64,000 bases of DNA from Bugula neritina. Its lineage: Eukaryota; Animalia; Bryozoa. Both the position numbers and the translations under genes were made by a program. The notes beneath the pieces were generated by a model, which saw only the letters and a list, made by a program, of their open reading frames with translations, was not told where the DNA came from and ran no database searches. This document shows, one piece after another, positions 1 through 13,250 of this stretch. Each line of letters begins with the position of its first letter. Within the stretch, counting starts at the first letter, position 1. Location: positions 24,179,504 through 24,243,503 of the forward strand of contig OZ037765.1 in assembly GCA_964035545.1 (NCBI GenBank), written 5' to 3'.

Positions 1-159
1 TAGTTTATTCAACTGTAGTATAGAAGTTTATGTTAACCGCATATTGAATCACTTAGCAGCTACTTATATATTTGTAGCATGTAATTTTCAAAAAGTAAAA
101 AGTTTATGCAAATATTTTTTATTTAAACATATGTTCATAGTATTTCTATTTATTCACAG

Positions 160-2346
160 GTGCTGCCTTTGATCCGGATACAGGAGGCAATAAAAAGGAG
201 CTGCCAGCTTCTGTTCACTCTCAGAATCGGTATGTATCACTTCATGTTACTTATTTGCTCAGAGTTTTGGATAGCTAAGTTTGAAATTTGCAAGTATGAT
301 TTATACAATAAAATGTTAGTAAATTACCACATTATCCATGAAATGTTCTTTTTTTATAATTTTCTTCTAAGTAAAACATTGCTTATGTTTTTTGAAGATG
401 TTTTTATGCCAATACTTCTTGGTTTTATATGTGGGTTTATAACTATGTGGTTTTGGCATATACTGTTACGCATCACCCACTGCACTGGAGATTGTTTGTG
501 GTTAGATATTTTTCCAAATTAATAATACTTTAATATAATATGTTTCGCTTTGATGTTATTTTCACCAAAATGGCTTTAACCTGAAATCAATATTTAGTTC
601 AATGCCTAATAATTGATGTTTGTAGAGCTTCAAATGCTACTCTCTCTGGGTTGCCTAGTGCATCAGATATTTGCTCAACAAGCAGTACCTCATCATTTTC
701 TGATAGAAATAATTCAACATTCAACAATCCAACATCAAGAAGGTATGTGTATATGGTTCCACGATATAGTCTACTCTTTCAATTAATTTTATATTTGAAA
801 AGAAATTCCGAAGATTGTATAAACATATTATATGTTGTTGTTGAGTTGATTCTTGTATTTCCCCTAATGTCATTGTTCTAGACCCAAAAGTGTTGGAAGA
901 GGAAAATCACCATTTATTTTTGAAAAGCCGAGGATTATACAAACATCTGGAGACTCTGATAGTGGAGTAGAGAGCGGCAATAAGATGTTTAGGCCCCAAA
1001 CTCAACCTGCTGGAGATCGAGTGGTTTGTTTTTATTGTAATAGTTCAGCACCAGATCAATTATTAATCCTAATAACATTTTTGATCACAGATGAATGAGT
1101 TTGTCATCAGGAAATAATATAACTGGTTTCAAGGTTCATTTTTTGAACAAGTTCTGCAAGCTGCAATATTTGAAGATAATGAACTTTACCTCCCAGAAAG
1201 AGTCAAGACAAATAGGAAAGATACAACAAGGACTAGAAATTAGTTGTCTCTTGCTCATTCGCGAGTCTTTTCATTTGACAAGCCTCTTTTTCAAGTGTTT
1301 CAGTTGAAGGTTTTATTTTAGATTTGTTATCAAGTTTAGCACGAATCACAAATAACATTTAGAATGCACTTTGTAGGGCGAGGTGGCTGGTTTCCAGAAC
1401 TTTGAGATTATGGGCACTGCACCTCTTACTTTAGAAAACACGCCAGAAGACTTTGATATTCGATCAACCAACGTTCGAGAGCTTAAACTCTTGAAAGAGG
1501 GTAAATTGAAAAAACCACCAAAGAAGGTACATGACTGAATCCCAACTCATCTTATTAATCAGCATGCATATATGGACTGTAGTACCATGTGACTGTAACA
1601 GTGTGTGACCATATATAACTTTATTCTAGTCTGAAGCAATCAAAGTTATAATAACTTTTATGTAATTTGAATGATGGATAATTCCCATCATGGCTTTATG
1701 TGTGATTTAATCTATTATAATGATGGCTGTAAAGCTTGCTTCATGTTGACATTTCCACAGGAAAACATTTTGCTGAAAGGTTTGGCATTCCAAAATAAAG
1801 AAGATATCCCTGTTGTGCGTCAGCTAGTTTGCCGAGATGGAAGTATCGAAGATATGGAGGGAAGTGTGATATTGAATAGTCCTACTAATAACTGGTGTAC
1901 TCCACATCCTAATTCTCACTTCAACTGGGATACACTTTCATCACAGTCAGCTCAAAGGTGAAAATCTCAAGTTGTATTAAAAACTTGAAGCATAAATTTC
2001 TGGTCGGATATGCAGTTTTTCTTCATAAGAGAACAAGTGATCATTACACTCTGACTAGATCGACTACATTATGATGTAATAATAACAATATTGAAGTGAA
2101 TTAAAATTATTAATAGTTATTTACAGCTGTCATTTATAATAATTGGGCTTACTATATTTTTTCAACAAATATTTTTCCATCAATCAAGATACAAGATTAT
2201 GGCTTTTATTGAATGTTCATTGCTCTATTCTAGATTCTGTGTCTTTTAGAAAGGGTGGCACTGAACAAAGGCCAGTTTCAGCTTCAGCAGTGACAGTTAA
2301 AGATACATCAAAAGACGAACATTCCGATATTGAATGGGATGATTAG
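160..2346 (+). CDS. 3' part of an unidentified multi-exon protein-coding gene (starts before the window)
   Basis: Phase-consistent AG/GT exons 160-229, 626-742, 882-1023, 1377-1526, 1761-1957 and 2250-2346 join into one frame: ...AAFDPDTGGNKKELP...GDSDSGVESGNK...GTAPLTLENTPEDFDIRSTNVRELKLLKEGKLKKPPKK...DEHSDIEWDD*. No family recognised. Confidence 0.75.
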
Positions 2347-3449
2347 AATGACATAACTTGGAGCTTTAAATACTATAATATATGCTATTTGATGATATCT
2401 TGTCAGCTATTAGCACTAAAAACATGGTGCTCCTCTTATTATTGGGAAAGAAATTACAAGGATGCCACATAGCAATACATCTGGTGTACCCTTATAATGC
2501 CCATTTTTTTAAAATTAACAGATATTTTCAACCTACAAAGCTAAAGTTTGGTTTTAGGACTCTACAATTCTTGTCTCTAGTCATTAAAGATATTTATCTC
2601 AACAGGTTATTTACATTTTATTTGACTACATATAATTTACCTGCAGAAGATGAGTGATTTACATATGTAAATGTGTATATGCAGAAAATTTTATGTGATG
2701 CTTCGGTAGCCATTGTTTTATATTAACACATAATAATAAGATTCATAATTATATATTGTTAATTATATATTGTTCCTTCAAAAAACTAAATAAACTTACT
2801 TTAAATTGTAGAACAATTAAGACAAGTCGGCAATATGAGTCAGATGGGAACTTAATTTAATATCAACTTTTCTGTTTGCCATCAATATTAATAGGGCTTG
2901 GTGTGAAGTAGTATTTAGTGAATGAGCTGTAAAAACTATTAGTGTCATGATTCGTCACTTAGAAAAAACAACATTCAATAGCAACAGTATGTTTAATAAA
3001 AATGCACTTGGTCTAAAATTATATAAGTTTTACAAATACATGTTTTCGACAATTGATCAGCATACAATTTTCAACCCAACTAAGCTATAATATGAGGTAT
3101 ACAGCATACAAAATAGCTAATGATCAACAAGCTTTAGCATGTCTTGGTTCCATACAAAATTAATTGTGATTTCAACACCACACAAAAAGTCTATAGCTGC
3201 ATTTATTATATTATTATGTAGAGCTACCCTACTCTCTTTTTGGTGGGATAACTCGAAAGCGCACACACCTGGATCGAAAATTTTATTTACGCACACATTT
3301 TACGGAATTTTTGAAGCTTATACTTATACTTTATAGTAATAAAACATTAACTAAGAAAAATAATCAGAATGACTCTCTGCCCTGGTAGACATTCACATTG
3401 CTGTTACAGTGGTTTCATATATTGACAACAACTCATCAAATAACCCAAT

Positions 3450-4400
3450 GCTTGAATTTTCTCATTGCCCTAGTCACTATCATTCGTATTCAATTTCATA
3501 CTGATAGTGATACTTATACTCACCGTGAAAGTGAAGGCGAACTCACAACTGTGAATCAGAATCAGAATGTGATACTCACACTCATACTCATACTTATAGT
3601 CATACTGATAGTGATACTGTATGATACTGATAGTGATACTCATGTCTCATACTCATAGTATTAGTATGGCTATCAGCCATAGTGATACTGCTCACTATCA
3701 AGTATCATGATTCATGAGTCTTGTCCTTGGTGATACTCATACTGATACTCTTACAGTTACTGTGATACTGATAGTCAATATCACTCATTGTTATTTGTCA
3801 GTGTCACCCACAGTTACTGAGTTACTCTTAGTCTTAGTAATATTGATTATCGATAGTGATACTCTAGACTCTAGAGTCTAGCTCATAATGATAATCTCAA
3901 TCTGTCTCATACAGTCATAGTGATAGGCTGATAGTGATAGTCATACTAACTCATACTGACAATGACTACTCAAATTCAATACTGATAGTGATAGTCATAA
4001 TGATGTTCGTACTTACTAAAACTAAAAGTGAGCAGTGATACTATCATTGATAGTATATCTTATACGTACATCATAATCATCGTATTGATAATCATAAATA
4101 TAGTGGTTTAAATGTTATGGTAATCTGAGTTTATCAATGTGAGATACTGAGTTTCAATTTGATATGACAATCACTCTGACCACTGATTCTGATGATAACA
4201 TTAATAATAGTCATTAGTCAATTAATATTATAATAATTAAAGATAGTCATAATTTGAATTATAATGATAAACACTAAGCTAGAAATAAAAAACATGACAA
4301 CTTTAAATAATGAAACTTAAACTGAAAGTAAAACATTTAAGTAAAACTCGTATGATAATGATAATGAAGAACGGGTATCACTATCAGCATGAGTACGCCT
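3450..4400. repeat. Degenerate hexamer-periodic tract (ACTGAT/AGTGAT/ACTCAT/AGTCAT type) 5' of the RBM17 coding start
   Basis: Runs such as atactcacactcatactcatacttatagtcatactgatagtgatactgtatgatactgatagtgatactcat, with T at every third base. Boundaries approximate. Confidence 0.75.
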
Positions 4401-4421
4401 TCTGAGTTCAATGTTTAATTA

Positions 4422-4567
4422 TAAAGCCTGAGTCAGTAGTCATAGAGAGGGTCTTTAGACTTCAGTGGCAGAGATACTCTTACACCCAACTTGTGTAAGT
4501 AAATGTGTAAAGTAACTGTAACTCTAAGAGTAAGTCTGAAGAATGTGGGTACTGACTCCAGGCTTTA
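4422..4567. mobile_element. Short MITE-like palindromic element
   Basis: Left end TAAAGCCTG-AGTCAGTA matches the reverse complement of right end TACTGACTCCAGGCTTTA. Internal segments (tctttagactt / aagtctgaaga, ttacac / gtgtaa) are also inverted. Confidence 0.6.
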
Positions 4568-4993
4568 AAAATATTATGAACATCAATAACAAGTTTTCAA
4601 AAAATTATGTAAACACTGTGCTCACAGAAATTTAACAGTTTGCTCATTTACAGTAGTTTCATAGTTTTTTACCATCAACTGCTATTTGTACTCTGACAAA
4701 CTTTGATGTCAATAGATATAATTTGAAATATTCATGGTCATAAATTTTTTAAACGCTTCCTAATTAGTAGCGTAATTATTTCGCTTCAAATAATTTTCTA
4801 AACTAAGTTTAAGAGGAGGGATTTGAGCATGCATGCATTAACCATGTGTTTTGTATGTCTCAGTAAGCATTTCTATCAACTTATTATTGTGAAATGTGTC
4901 TTAATAAGCTACATTCATGTATCCACCTATATAAACTTGACCAATAAATTTTTGAATTGCTATAAACCTGCGTTTTATGCATAATTTGCTAGG

Positions 4994-7900
4994 ATGTCTT
5001 TGTACGATGATATTGATTTGGACAATAAATCTGGAGATGCCAAAAGTGACATCTGTAAGTATACATATATCCTAAATGCTACATAACATCTGCAGGTTTT
5101 TAGGCTTAAAAATTTGAAGTTGTTTAGACCTTTGAATCGCTTTTTGATCTACTTTTTATATTTTAATTGTTATCTAATGAAAAGATAGCTGCATTTTAAA
5201 TTTGCTTGCTCTGATTTTAGCCGGATGGTCAGTAGGACACAAGCTGTTGCACTCACATTCAAAAAGTAAAAAGTCGGCAATGCCTAGTTCTTCATCGCAA
5301 TCTAAGGTATTTATATTGCTTTAGCTTACAATAATGCAATGTTAAATAGTATATCAACTGAATTTTTTTCTCTCAATTGACTTTTTATGTAAACAAAATT
5401 TTGCATGTTTTAATTTTTTATAGAAGCGCCAAAATACAGCCCTGGCTCCTGTGGTGGATCTGAACAGTGGTGGAGGCATGAGCTATGGAGGGGGAGGGAG
5501 CATTGCAGCTCAAGATGGAGAAATTAGATTTAATCATATAACTGGAAAGGTCATTTTTCCCACTCTATATTGAAATAGCAGGAAATTCTTTGCTAATAAT
5601 CACAAAATTGTTGTTATATGCAAACGAGAATGCATAATTTCTTATTTGTTTATATACAAATGTTCATGTCTATAATGATTAAAGTATTGTAAAAGATATT
5701 TGAAAGATAAGTACGAGCATCCATTTGCATAACGCGATGTAAAGGAAACGCTGTGAATTTGGAAAATAAGTTAATTTATTTTATCATTAGATGGAAGCTG
5801 GTCCTATGCCGAGATCATATGCTCAGCTTGGAATGAAGACATATCCATTAAGTTCACCATTTGCTGACATGAGCATAGAATATGATCCTGGCTTTCCTAA
5901 TGAGTACTCAGATTTCTCAAAGAGGCTAAAGAAATTACGTTATCAGGAACGAGAAAGAGAAGAACAGGAACAAGAAAATGAACGGCGAAAAGAATCTGAA
6001 GAACGTCAAAAGTTAGTATTTACAGTATTTGAGCTTGAATTATTAAACATCTGCTTCATCCCTAAAGACCTGCAGTGGCTAATGCTTTATATTATATCAG
6101 TTCATATAACAAGGCTTTGTTCCTAGCTTCTTTTTTTATTGAACTGAACTTTTTTATTTCTATACTTCTATACTGCTTATTTTTCTTCTATTTAGCAGTC
6201 TGTCTCTGCTCTTTTAGTGTGCTTATCTAAGCGATTCTTTTCATTTTGTAATTTTACATGTGCTGCGTGCGCACGTCTCTGTCTGTAAAGCATGGGTTAT
6301 CTTTTGTTGAACAGAAGGCGTGAGGACGAACGTAAAGAAAGATTAGAAAAAATTGCTGCATCTTTTAAACCACCACCTAATTTGTACAACGAGTCACCAA
6401 AAGAAACTGAAAGTACAAAGAGACTTGCGTTATACGATTCATCTTCGGATAGTGACGATGATGAGAAAAATAAGTACAACAATAAAGGTGAATACTCTAT
6501 AAAGAAGATATGTGTTTAATGAAAAAATACTTGTGATATTAATATACTTTTTCGTAAATATTATCGTTCTCAGCTGTTTCTTGACTGCTTTACTAGAATT
6601 GTAGAAATATACATTGCCAGTTAACGTGTATAGAGCAAATTTTTTTTGTGTATTGTCTGTAGGAAATATGGAGTTTGCTCCACCACCAAGTCTTGTAGAA
6701 GAATCAAAACCAATGACCCCTCCTTCATACTCTAGCCCTTTGAACCAAGCTGCTGAAGATGAGCTAACAGGTTTTAAAATAGAAGGCAAAGGGTGAGTCA
6801 TAAAACACTGAAATTACAAGCAACAAGTTGTAATGATATGACAACTCCAGATTAGTGAATGGCTTATAAAGATGACTTCTGCTGATTTAAAACAATACTA
6901 TACTATGTAGTATGTGTTCAATAACTTTTTACATAACACATACTACATTGTAAAGTATTGTTGTAAATCAGCAGAAGTTGCCTTAAATAAGTCATTTACT
7001 AATGTAGAGTTGTCATATCATTGCATTAGTATTATTCCTATATATTTTAACAGCAGGTAATCAGTTTATGAGTATATTGCTTAATTGAAATTATAGTTAG
7101 CATTTATGCTATTATTTACATAGGTCAAAAATGGATTGCACTAACAAATGCATTTATTTGTTGAATGATAAATTAAATATAGGTTATGAAACTTACATAA
7201 TGCCATTAATATGGCTTACAAAATATAATGTTAAGTTGTAATAATTTAAAACTTTTCAGTGGCAAATATTTATTCAATTGAGAGTGTAGTTTTAGTAGAA
7301 CTGAAGTAGATGTACTTTGAGTCTCAATCGGAAATAAATATTTTTATAACTGTTCTGAGTAGAAGTTTTTGTGTTCTTTTTAAAGATTGCCAAGTGCACA
7401 GATGTAAATTGTTATTTAGCTAGAAGCTTTTAATTTTTTATATCTATCATTTAGGATATTTTACAAGCAGACAACTTCACATTATGCAAACTCAAGTTGC
7501 TTTTTCTCAGCATTGGTGAATTAGCACCTGCAAAGCTACTAATCATAGCAGTACTTGAAAACTAAAACCAACTAGATAAATAACAAAGTTTTTGAAATGC
7601 ATTGTAATTGCTGTGAATGAGAAATCTATAATTGTGAAACATGTTGATGTTTGTTACTTTTAGTGGAAGTGTAGCCTCAAAGATTATGGCTAAAATGGGG
7701 TATAGGCAGGGTAGTGGTCTTGGCAGAGATGAGCAGGGCATGAGTCGGGCTCTTCAGGTGGAGAAAACTAGTCGAAGAGGCGGAAAAATCCTACATGAAA
7801 AAGATATTGCTTCTAAAGGTTACTTTTACGCTATTAGGTTTTTCAGAGCTATCTATAGCTTATGTGAGATGGGAGGGTTCACATACCTTCCTTAAAGTTG

Positions 7901-10900
7901 ATAGTAGTCCATAAACAGGATCAGGGCTATTAAGCAAATACTTGACTCAATGTTAAAAAGATTAATATATGGTAAAATCCGGTGTTAAACAAACCTCGTA
8001 GTTTACATAGTTTGATTGTTTGTAGCTTTTTCAAAGGAATGTTTTCCTAAGGGAATAGAGTTAACCTCTCTTGAATAAAACAGAATAAAACAAACTCCAG
8101 GTAAAAGTTAGGCTTTGTGGGAGTTTTTGTACATGAAAGGCATATAAGCATAACCTAGAGTTTTATAACCAAAAATTAAATAAAGATAAAAAAATTCAGT
8201 TCAACATGTGCTATCAACTATTTTATAATGTGAATACATAAATTCTAAACAACTGTTGGAAGGAGAAACTATCATTATGTAAAAGTATTGTACATTTTCA
8301 TGGATAAAAGATAGTGGAAAATGCTGCCATTCTTAAATTAAACATTTTGAAATAGACAATGAGCAATTTTGACAATGGGCCGGTTTCAAAATAAAAGCTA
8401 AGCAAATTTATGGCTTTCTTTCAACACACTATAAAATATAAAATAAGGACTGTAAGCCACTGTGATACTAACCTAAAAATAAAATCACCCATTGTTAACA
8501 GTTTCACACTAGGCCTAGATTAAAAATGTCCTATGAATTCAAATGTAAGTTCCTGAAAACTAATGATTAAGTTAAGGGGAAGTGTTAATTAGATGTTGGG
8601 TAAATTTAATGCATCCATGTGGCTTGTACTAAGTCATAATAACAGTGTAGTTTGCCTCTGATAGTCATATGCATATCCTGCCATTGGCTCTACTATTTTA
8701 TATGAAAATACAAAGATTGTAAATACACTAATTACTGCATCATCTTGCATAAGCTAAAACCTACATCATTACTATTATATGGATTATTGTATGTTTACAT
8801 ACACCAGATATTATGTATTAGTGATGTCATGCTTGCTTCTCAGTTAATTGGCTGCTTCTATTTGCATTATAATTATATTTTGCTGCAGTAAAAATAACTC
8901 ATTAGAATCTATTTTTAACATGTTGACATAACCAATTCCCAAAGATCTGTCTAATTTTCAAACTTGTGTTCCATCTCTGATAGTGTGGGCTGAACAGCTG
9001 CTATATTTATTTATTGTGTAATGACTGAATGTAAGTAAGATTTCCATCTTCAATGACCTTGTGGTACCCTTTGATAAATACCTCTCTATTTAGACAAATA
9101 ATTACACCCGGATCATGGTTTGTATTATTTAAATTTTTTTTTGGATTTGGCCAAATTCTCGAGTTTTAAATTCAACTCTTTAATAGGATACATCTGATAA
9201 TACAAAGTTTATGATTATACATTTCTACTATGACTGTACTGAAGTGGGCAGTATGGTCTAAACTCTAAAGTATAAACAGTTATTTGTTTACTCTTCTGAC
9301 AATAAATTTGAATGATGTTTTCATGAAGACTGTTAAAATGCAATTAACTACGTCTACCTGTGCCTGAAAAGGCGCTTTCAAAATTTTGCGTTGGCAAATT
9401 AGCTTGAAGCATGGCATCAAACGTGCCTTTGACTAGTTGCATGGCTGGTGTGAGAAAGTATGAACAGATAGACTCTGTCTATTAGACTCAAGTATGCTCA
9501 TCATACTCTCTATGCTCATTGTTGCTAAGTGTGCCTGCTTTGTTCTCCTTGTAGAAATGTCAGCTGCCGGTGGACCAGTTAAATCTGACACCGGTGTCAC
9601 ACACACTGAATTGTTACGTAATCCCTCTAAAGTGTTACTTCTAACGGTAATAATCAATTTATCTATTTATTTTGTAAGAAGTCTCAACTATGTTTACTGT
9701 TTCTTTTCATAGCCAAAGCTTTAGAATTTAGATGTTCCATCAGATATCTTCTTGTGTCACAATATAGACGTATTAGTATACTGAGATATAAATATAAATG
9801 GCTGTCATTACTTTGGATCTATTTTTTCTATTTCTGCTTCTAAAAGTTATTGATGAGCACTAACTCAACTTGAATCTATTTTACTACTAGTTTCACTGGT
9901 TATTTTATTTATTGTTACCATGTAATACAATGTCATTAATTATAATCTCTGAACTTTGCAGTAAATTCTCAGTAAATATATTATGTTATATAATTGGTAT
10001 ATTGTTTATTTGTTTATAAAAGAACATGGTTGGACCAGGAGAAGTGGACAATGAGCTTGAACCAGAGACAGCTGAAGAATGTAGCAAATATGGAAAAGTT
10101 ATAAAGTGTGTAATATATGAGGTAAATAATGGCAGCTGAGGTTTTACCAACAAACTGACTTTGGCAAGCAGTAAGGACCTCAATCCTGCTGCTAACATTA
10201 ATTGCAGTAAAATACTGCAAAGGGGGACAGGTTTTTAAAAGAGGGAAGTTTCCGGAAAAATTTCTTCAAATAGTTCCAGCAATTGTAACACAGACTATGC
10301 AAGCAACTGTACCACAGGCTATATATACCATGAAGTGTACCTTGACGGTACTGCACATGTATTTGAATTTTTCTGTAAATACATGATTGCTGGATAAGCT
10401 TGCACCAGTTGCCCACCAACTTCTTTGTTTTGCCATATTTATATCTGGTAAATCAATATTTGTGATTTGAGTTGAGACTAATGATCAGGTGGGTAGAATT
10501 AAAGAGCAGTCCGGAAATAATGAAATCTCTTCATGTAATGATGTTCAACAAAAGAAAATTGACTTTTATGGCATAGACTACGGTTTAATGGTATCGGATT
10601 AGAGTATAATTGTGTGAAATCGATACTAAATATATCTTATTTGTATTATTATTATGGCAGAAACTATGGTGATACTTCACCAGCAGTGCAAATTGCTAAG
10701 TCAACTGTCAGCTTACGTATGTGGAGACTTGCCGTGTCAAACTGTCAGCGTATGAAGCAATCGCTGCCCTCCTCTGTATGCCAATTAATGCTTTCAGTCT
10801 GAGAAAACATAGTCAATTATATGTGATAATTACAAGTTTTGAGCCTATCGCTGTTACACAATTTCTTGTGTACAGATGCATTATAATCGCATGTGATGTT

Positions 10901-11992
10901 GGTGTCATTATGAATCCTATATTGTATATCATTTATGAATTCTGCTTGTGTTTATTATATACTTACCCTACAATGCCACTACTTTTATGATGCTTTTTTT
11001 AATACTTTTCATATATCACTAATGTTAAAAAATATGTGTTTTGTAGCTGCAAAATGTTCCAGAAGTCTTAGCAGTTCGAATATTTGTGGAATTTGAAAAA
11101 ATCTCTTTTGCCATCAAAGGTGAGCACAAAATGGTATCTCAGTATCTTCGTAACTAACAATTTTGATCTTCAGTCCATTTTATGTAATTGTTGATTGAAA
11201 AAAAATAAAAGGTAGATGTAATTCATAGATTTGATTCAAGTTGTACAACATCTCTGACGAGTTTGGAACTTTTAGCCTCTGTTCTAGTTTAAAATGTAGC
11301 AAAAGAAGTTATGTCTTCTCGCATAGCAGTATGCATAGCCTGTGCTCAAACTTTAAAACTACCCTAGTAATTATACTGTGTATTGCGGCAGTTAGGAATA
11401 GCATCAAATAAAAGTAAGCAACAATTAGTATTAGTTTACTTGGTAGCTATCAATAAGTGAATCAAAATTTCAAATTATTCGAAGACATGTGTGTCCAAAA
11501 ATTGTTAGGAAATGAAATCTCTTAAGAACACAACTCTGATACTTTTAGTATTTATAAATCATTCAATACTAACTGGGCATCCACTATTAGGTCACAAATC
11601 CTCGAGCAAGTCAAAGATAATGTTAATAAAATATTTTTTACACTTTGTTTTAGTTATAAAAAATCAAGTAGCATTTTTATGTTGCTAATTAGAAATCTTT
11701 TAGTTCTATAATGGTTTAGTCAAGCTGTTTAGAAAGTAAATGAGAAATGAAGTATACTTGGTTGTATTCACTTTCATATTCACAAACTTCTTGGAAAAGT
11801 TTTCTCCAGGATGTTATTCTTGTGGATTGAAGTTTGCCGTTGCTATTCATCAGCCCATTATATTTTGATGCGCTTTTCTTTGTAGCTGCTATTGATTTGA
11901 ATGGGAGGTATTTTGGAGGTCGTGTAGTCCGAGCTTCATTTTATTCCCATGAGAAGTTTCTAGAAATGAAATTAGATGACGATCCTTTATAA
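4994..11992 (+). CDS. RBM17: Splicing factor 45 (RNA-binding motif protein 17); G-patch plus C-terminal UHM/RRM
   Basis: N-terminus MSLYDD...GWS, SPF45 motif EYDPGFPNEY, G-patch VASKIMAKMGYRQGSGLGRDEQG, UHM NPSKVLLLTNMVGPGEVDNELEPETAEECSKYG...VRIFVEF...DLNGRYFGGRVVRASFY. Exons 4994-5054, 5221-5306, 5424-5549, 5791-6011, 6315-6487, 6663-6792, 7664-7818, 9555-9646, 10023-10121, 11047-11119, 11886-11992. Confidence 0.96.
6829..7024. repeat. About 195-bp imperfect palindrome (roughly 90-bp arms) in an RBM17 intron; MITE/foldback-like
   Basis: Left arm tgtaatgatatgacaactccagattagtgaatggcttat...acttctgctgattt...tgtagtatgtgtt pairs with right arm aacacatactaca...aaatcagcagaagt...ataagtcatttactaatgtagagttgtcatatcattgca. 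Confidence 0.85.
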
Positions 11993-13024
11993 CCAATACT
12001 CCAGAGGAGGAGAAGCAGGAAATACTGAACAGCACTTTCCAACGCTGCTATATAATATTCCTGTAATAGTGTAGTGACATTAAACAACTTTGAAGTGGGA
12101 TCTAATCTTGTTTGAAATGCGAAAACACTATTTAAGCATTAATTGATGATGCTAAAATTTTACCTACCAACTCTAACTTTTAGCTTACATGCCTGTGTGT
12201 AGCTAATAGTAGAAGTAAAATGTATAATTGTAATGATGGATTGAAGTCTGATATTTTTAAATGTATTCTACTTGGAAATATTTGTTAATATACATTTTCA
12301 TGTGTTAAGAATAGCATAAAATCTGTACATACATCGTTCTACTTGCTATCTTTTATTATTATAAATGGAAATTTAGATATTGTCATGTTTTCTATCATCA
12401 TCTGTGGCATTTAAAGCTTGAATTATATTATATGCCTATGAATATTATCTCCGCCACTTTGAGCATGTTTTTTTTAAACAAATCACAAATCTATAGTAAA
12501 TAATTTGCAGTGACAGAGATTAAACTTGTATATTTTCAAGATATGATTATTCTCTCATGATGCAATAAGATGCACTATGCCGGGTGTAACCAGACCCTAC
12601 GTCATGTACAGTGCATTGTCAACGTCTGAGTGCGTTATAGGTAGGGCACAATATTGCACATAACAAGGTGAATCATACAAAACTCCTTCATTCAAGTACT
12701 ACGGGAAGGAAATTGTTTGCATTTCCTGCTGCATTCAGACTGCCAGATAACGAATTCTAAAGAAATGTTGAGGCTATTACAGTAAATCAGAAAGAATTAC
12801 ATTCTTTTGTTGGTAAATTCAATGTTGTCTTGCACGTAACAGAAACAATTGAGAATCTTAAAATCAATATCAAAGGTTTCATTTTAGGTCATATAAGAGT
12901 CATTTAGTCAAATAAAGAATTATTTATCAGATAATTCTTTGCTTTGTGAGCATCTCATGTTTCAGGGCCGACTAAACGCTACAGACTGTCAGAAAGGTTA
13001 ACACTTTGACTGTCTCCTAATACA

Positions 13025-13065
13025 GGTATAAAGCAGAGCAAATAAACCCTGCAAACTTTCATTAA
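13025..13065 (+). promoter_or_regulatory. Candidate core promoter (TATA box + Inr) of RFamide precursor gene A
   Basis: GGTATAAAG at 13025-13033 and TCATTAA at 13059-13065; the same two motifs at almost the same spacing precede gene B. Confidence 0.55.
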
Positions 13066-13250
13066 GCTACTTGCATCATTTATTCATGTCGGTCAGCGGT
13101 TTAAGAACTTATTAGACTTGAATTAGGCTAATATATAATATATTAGAGTTGCTCAGTCAAAGTTGAATGTTTTTGAGGCTTGTTTACTCTGTTGGTAATG
13201 GCATACCTGTCTCATCTTAGAAGTCTACTCTGAAATCGTCTACACTAGAA

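Noticed and set aside
1091-1307. Protein-like frames inside the first gene (including a possible stop read-through)
   Set aside because: Flanking exons join in phase without it and candidate frames contain stops; treated as intron.
3398-3658. 86-aa ORF with an ILTLILILIVILIVIL segment that looks transmembrane
   Set aside because: By-product of the hexamer-periodic tract; no splice or homology support.
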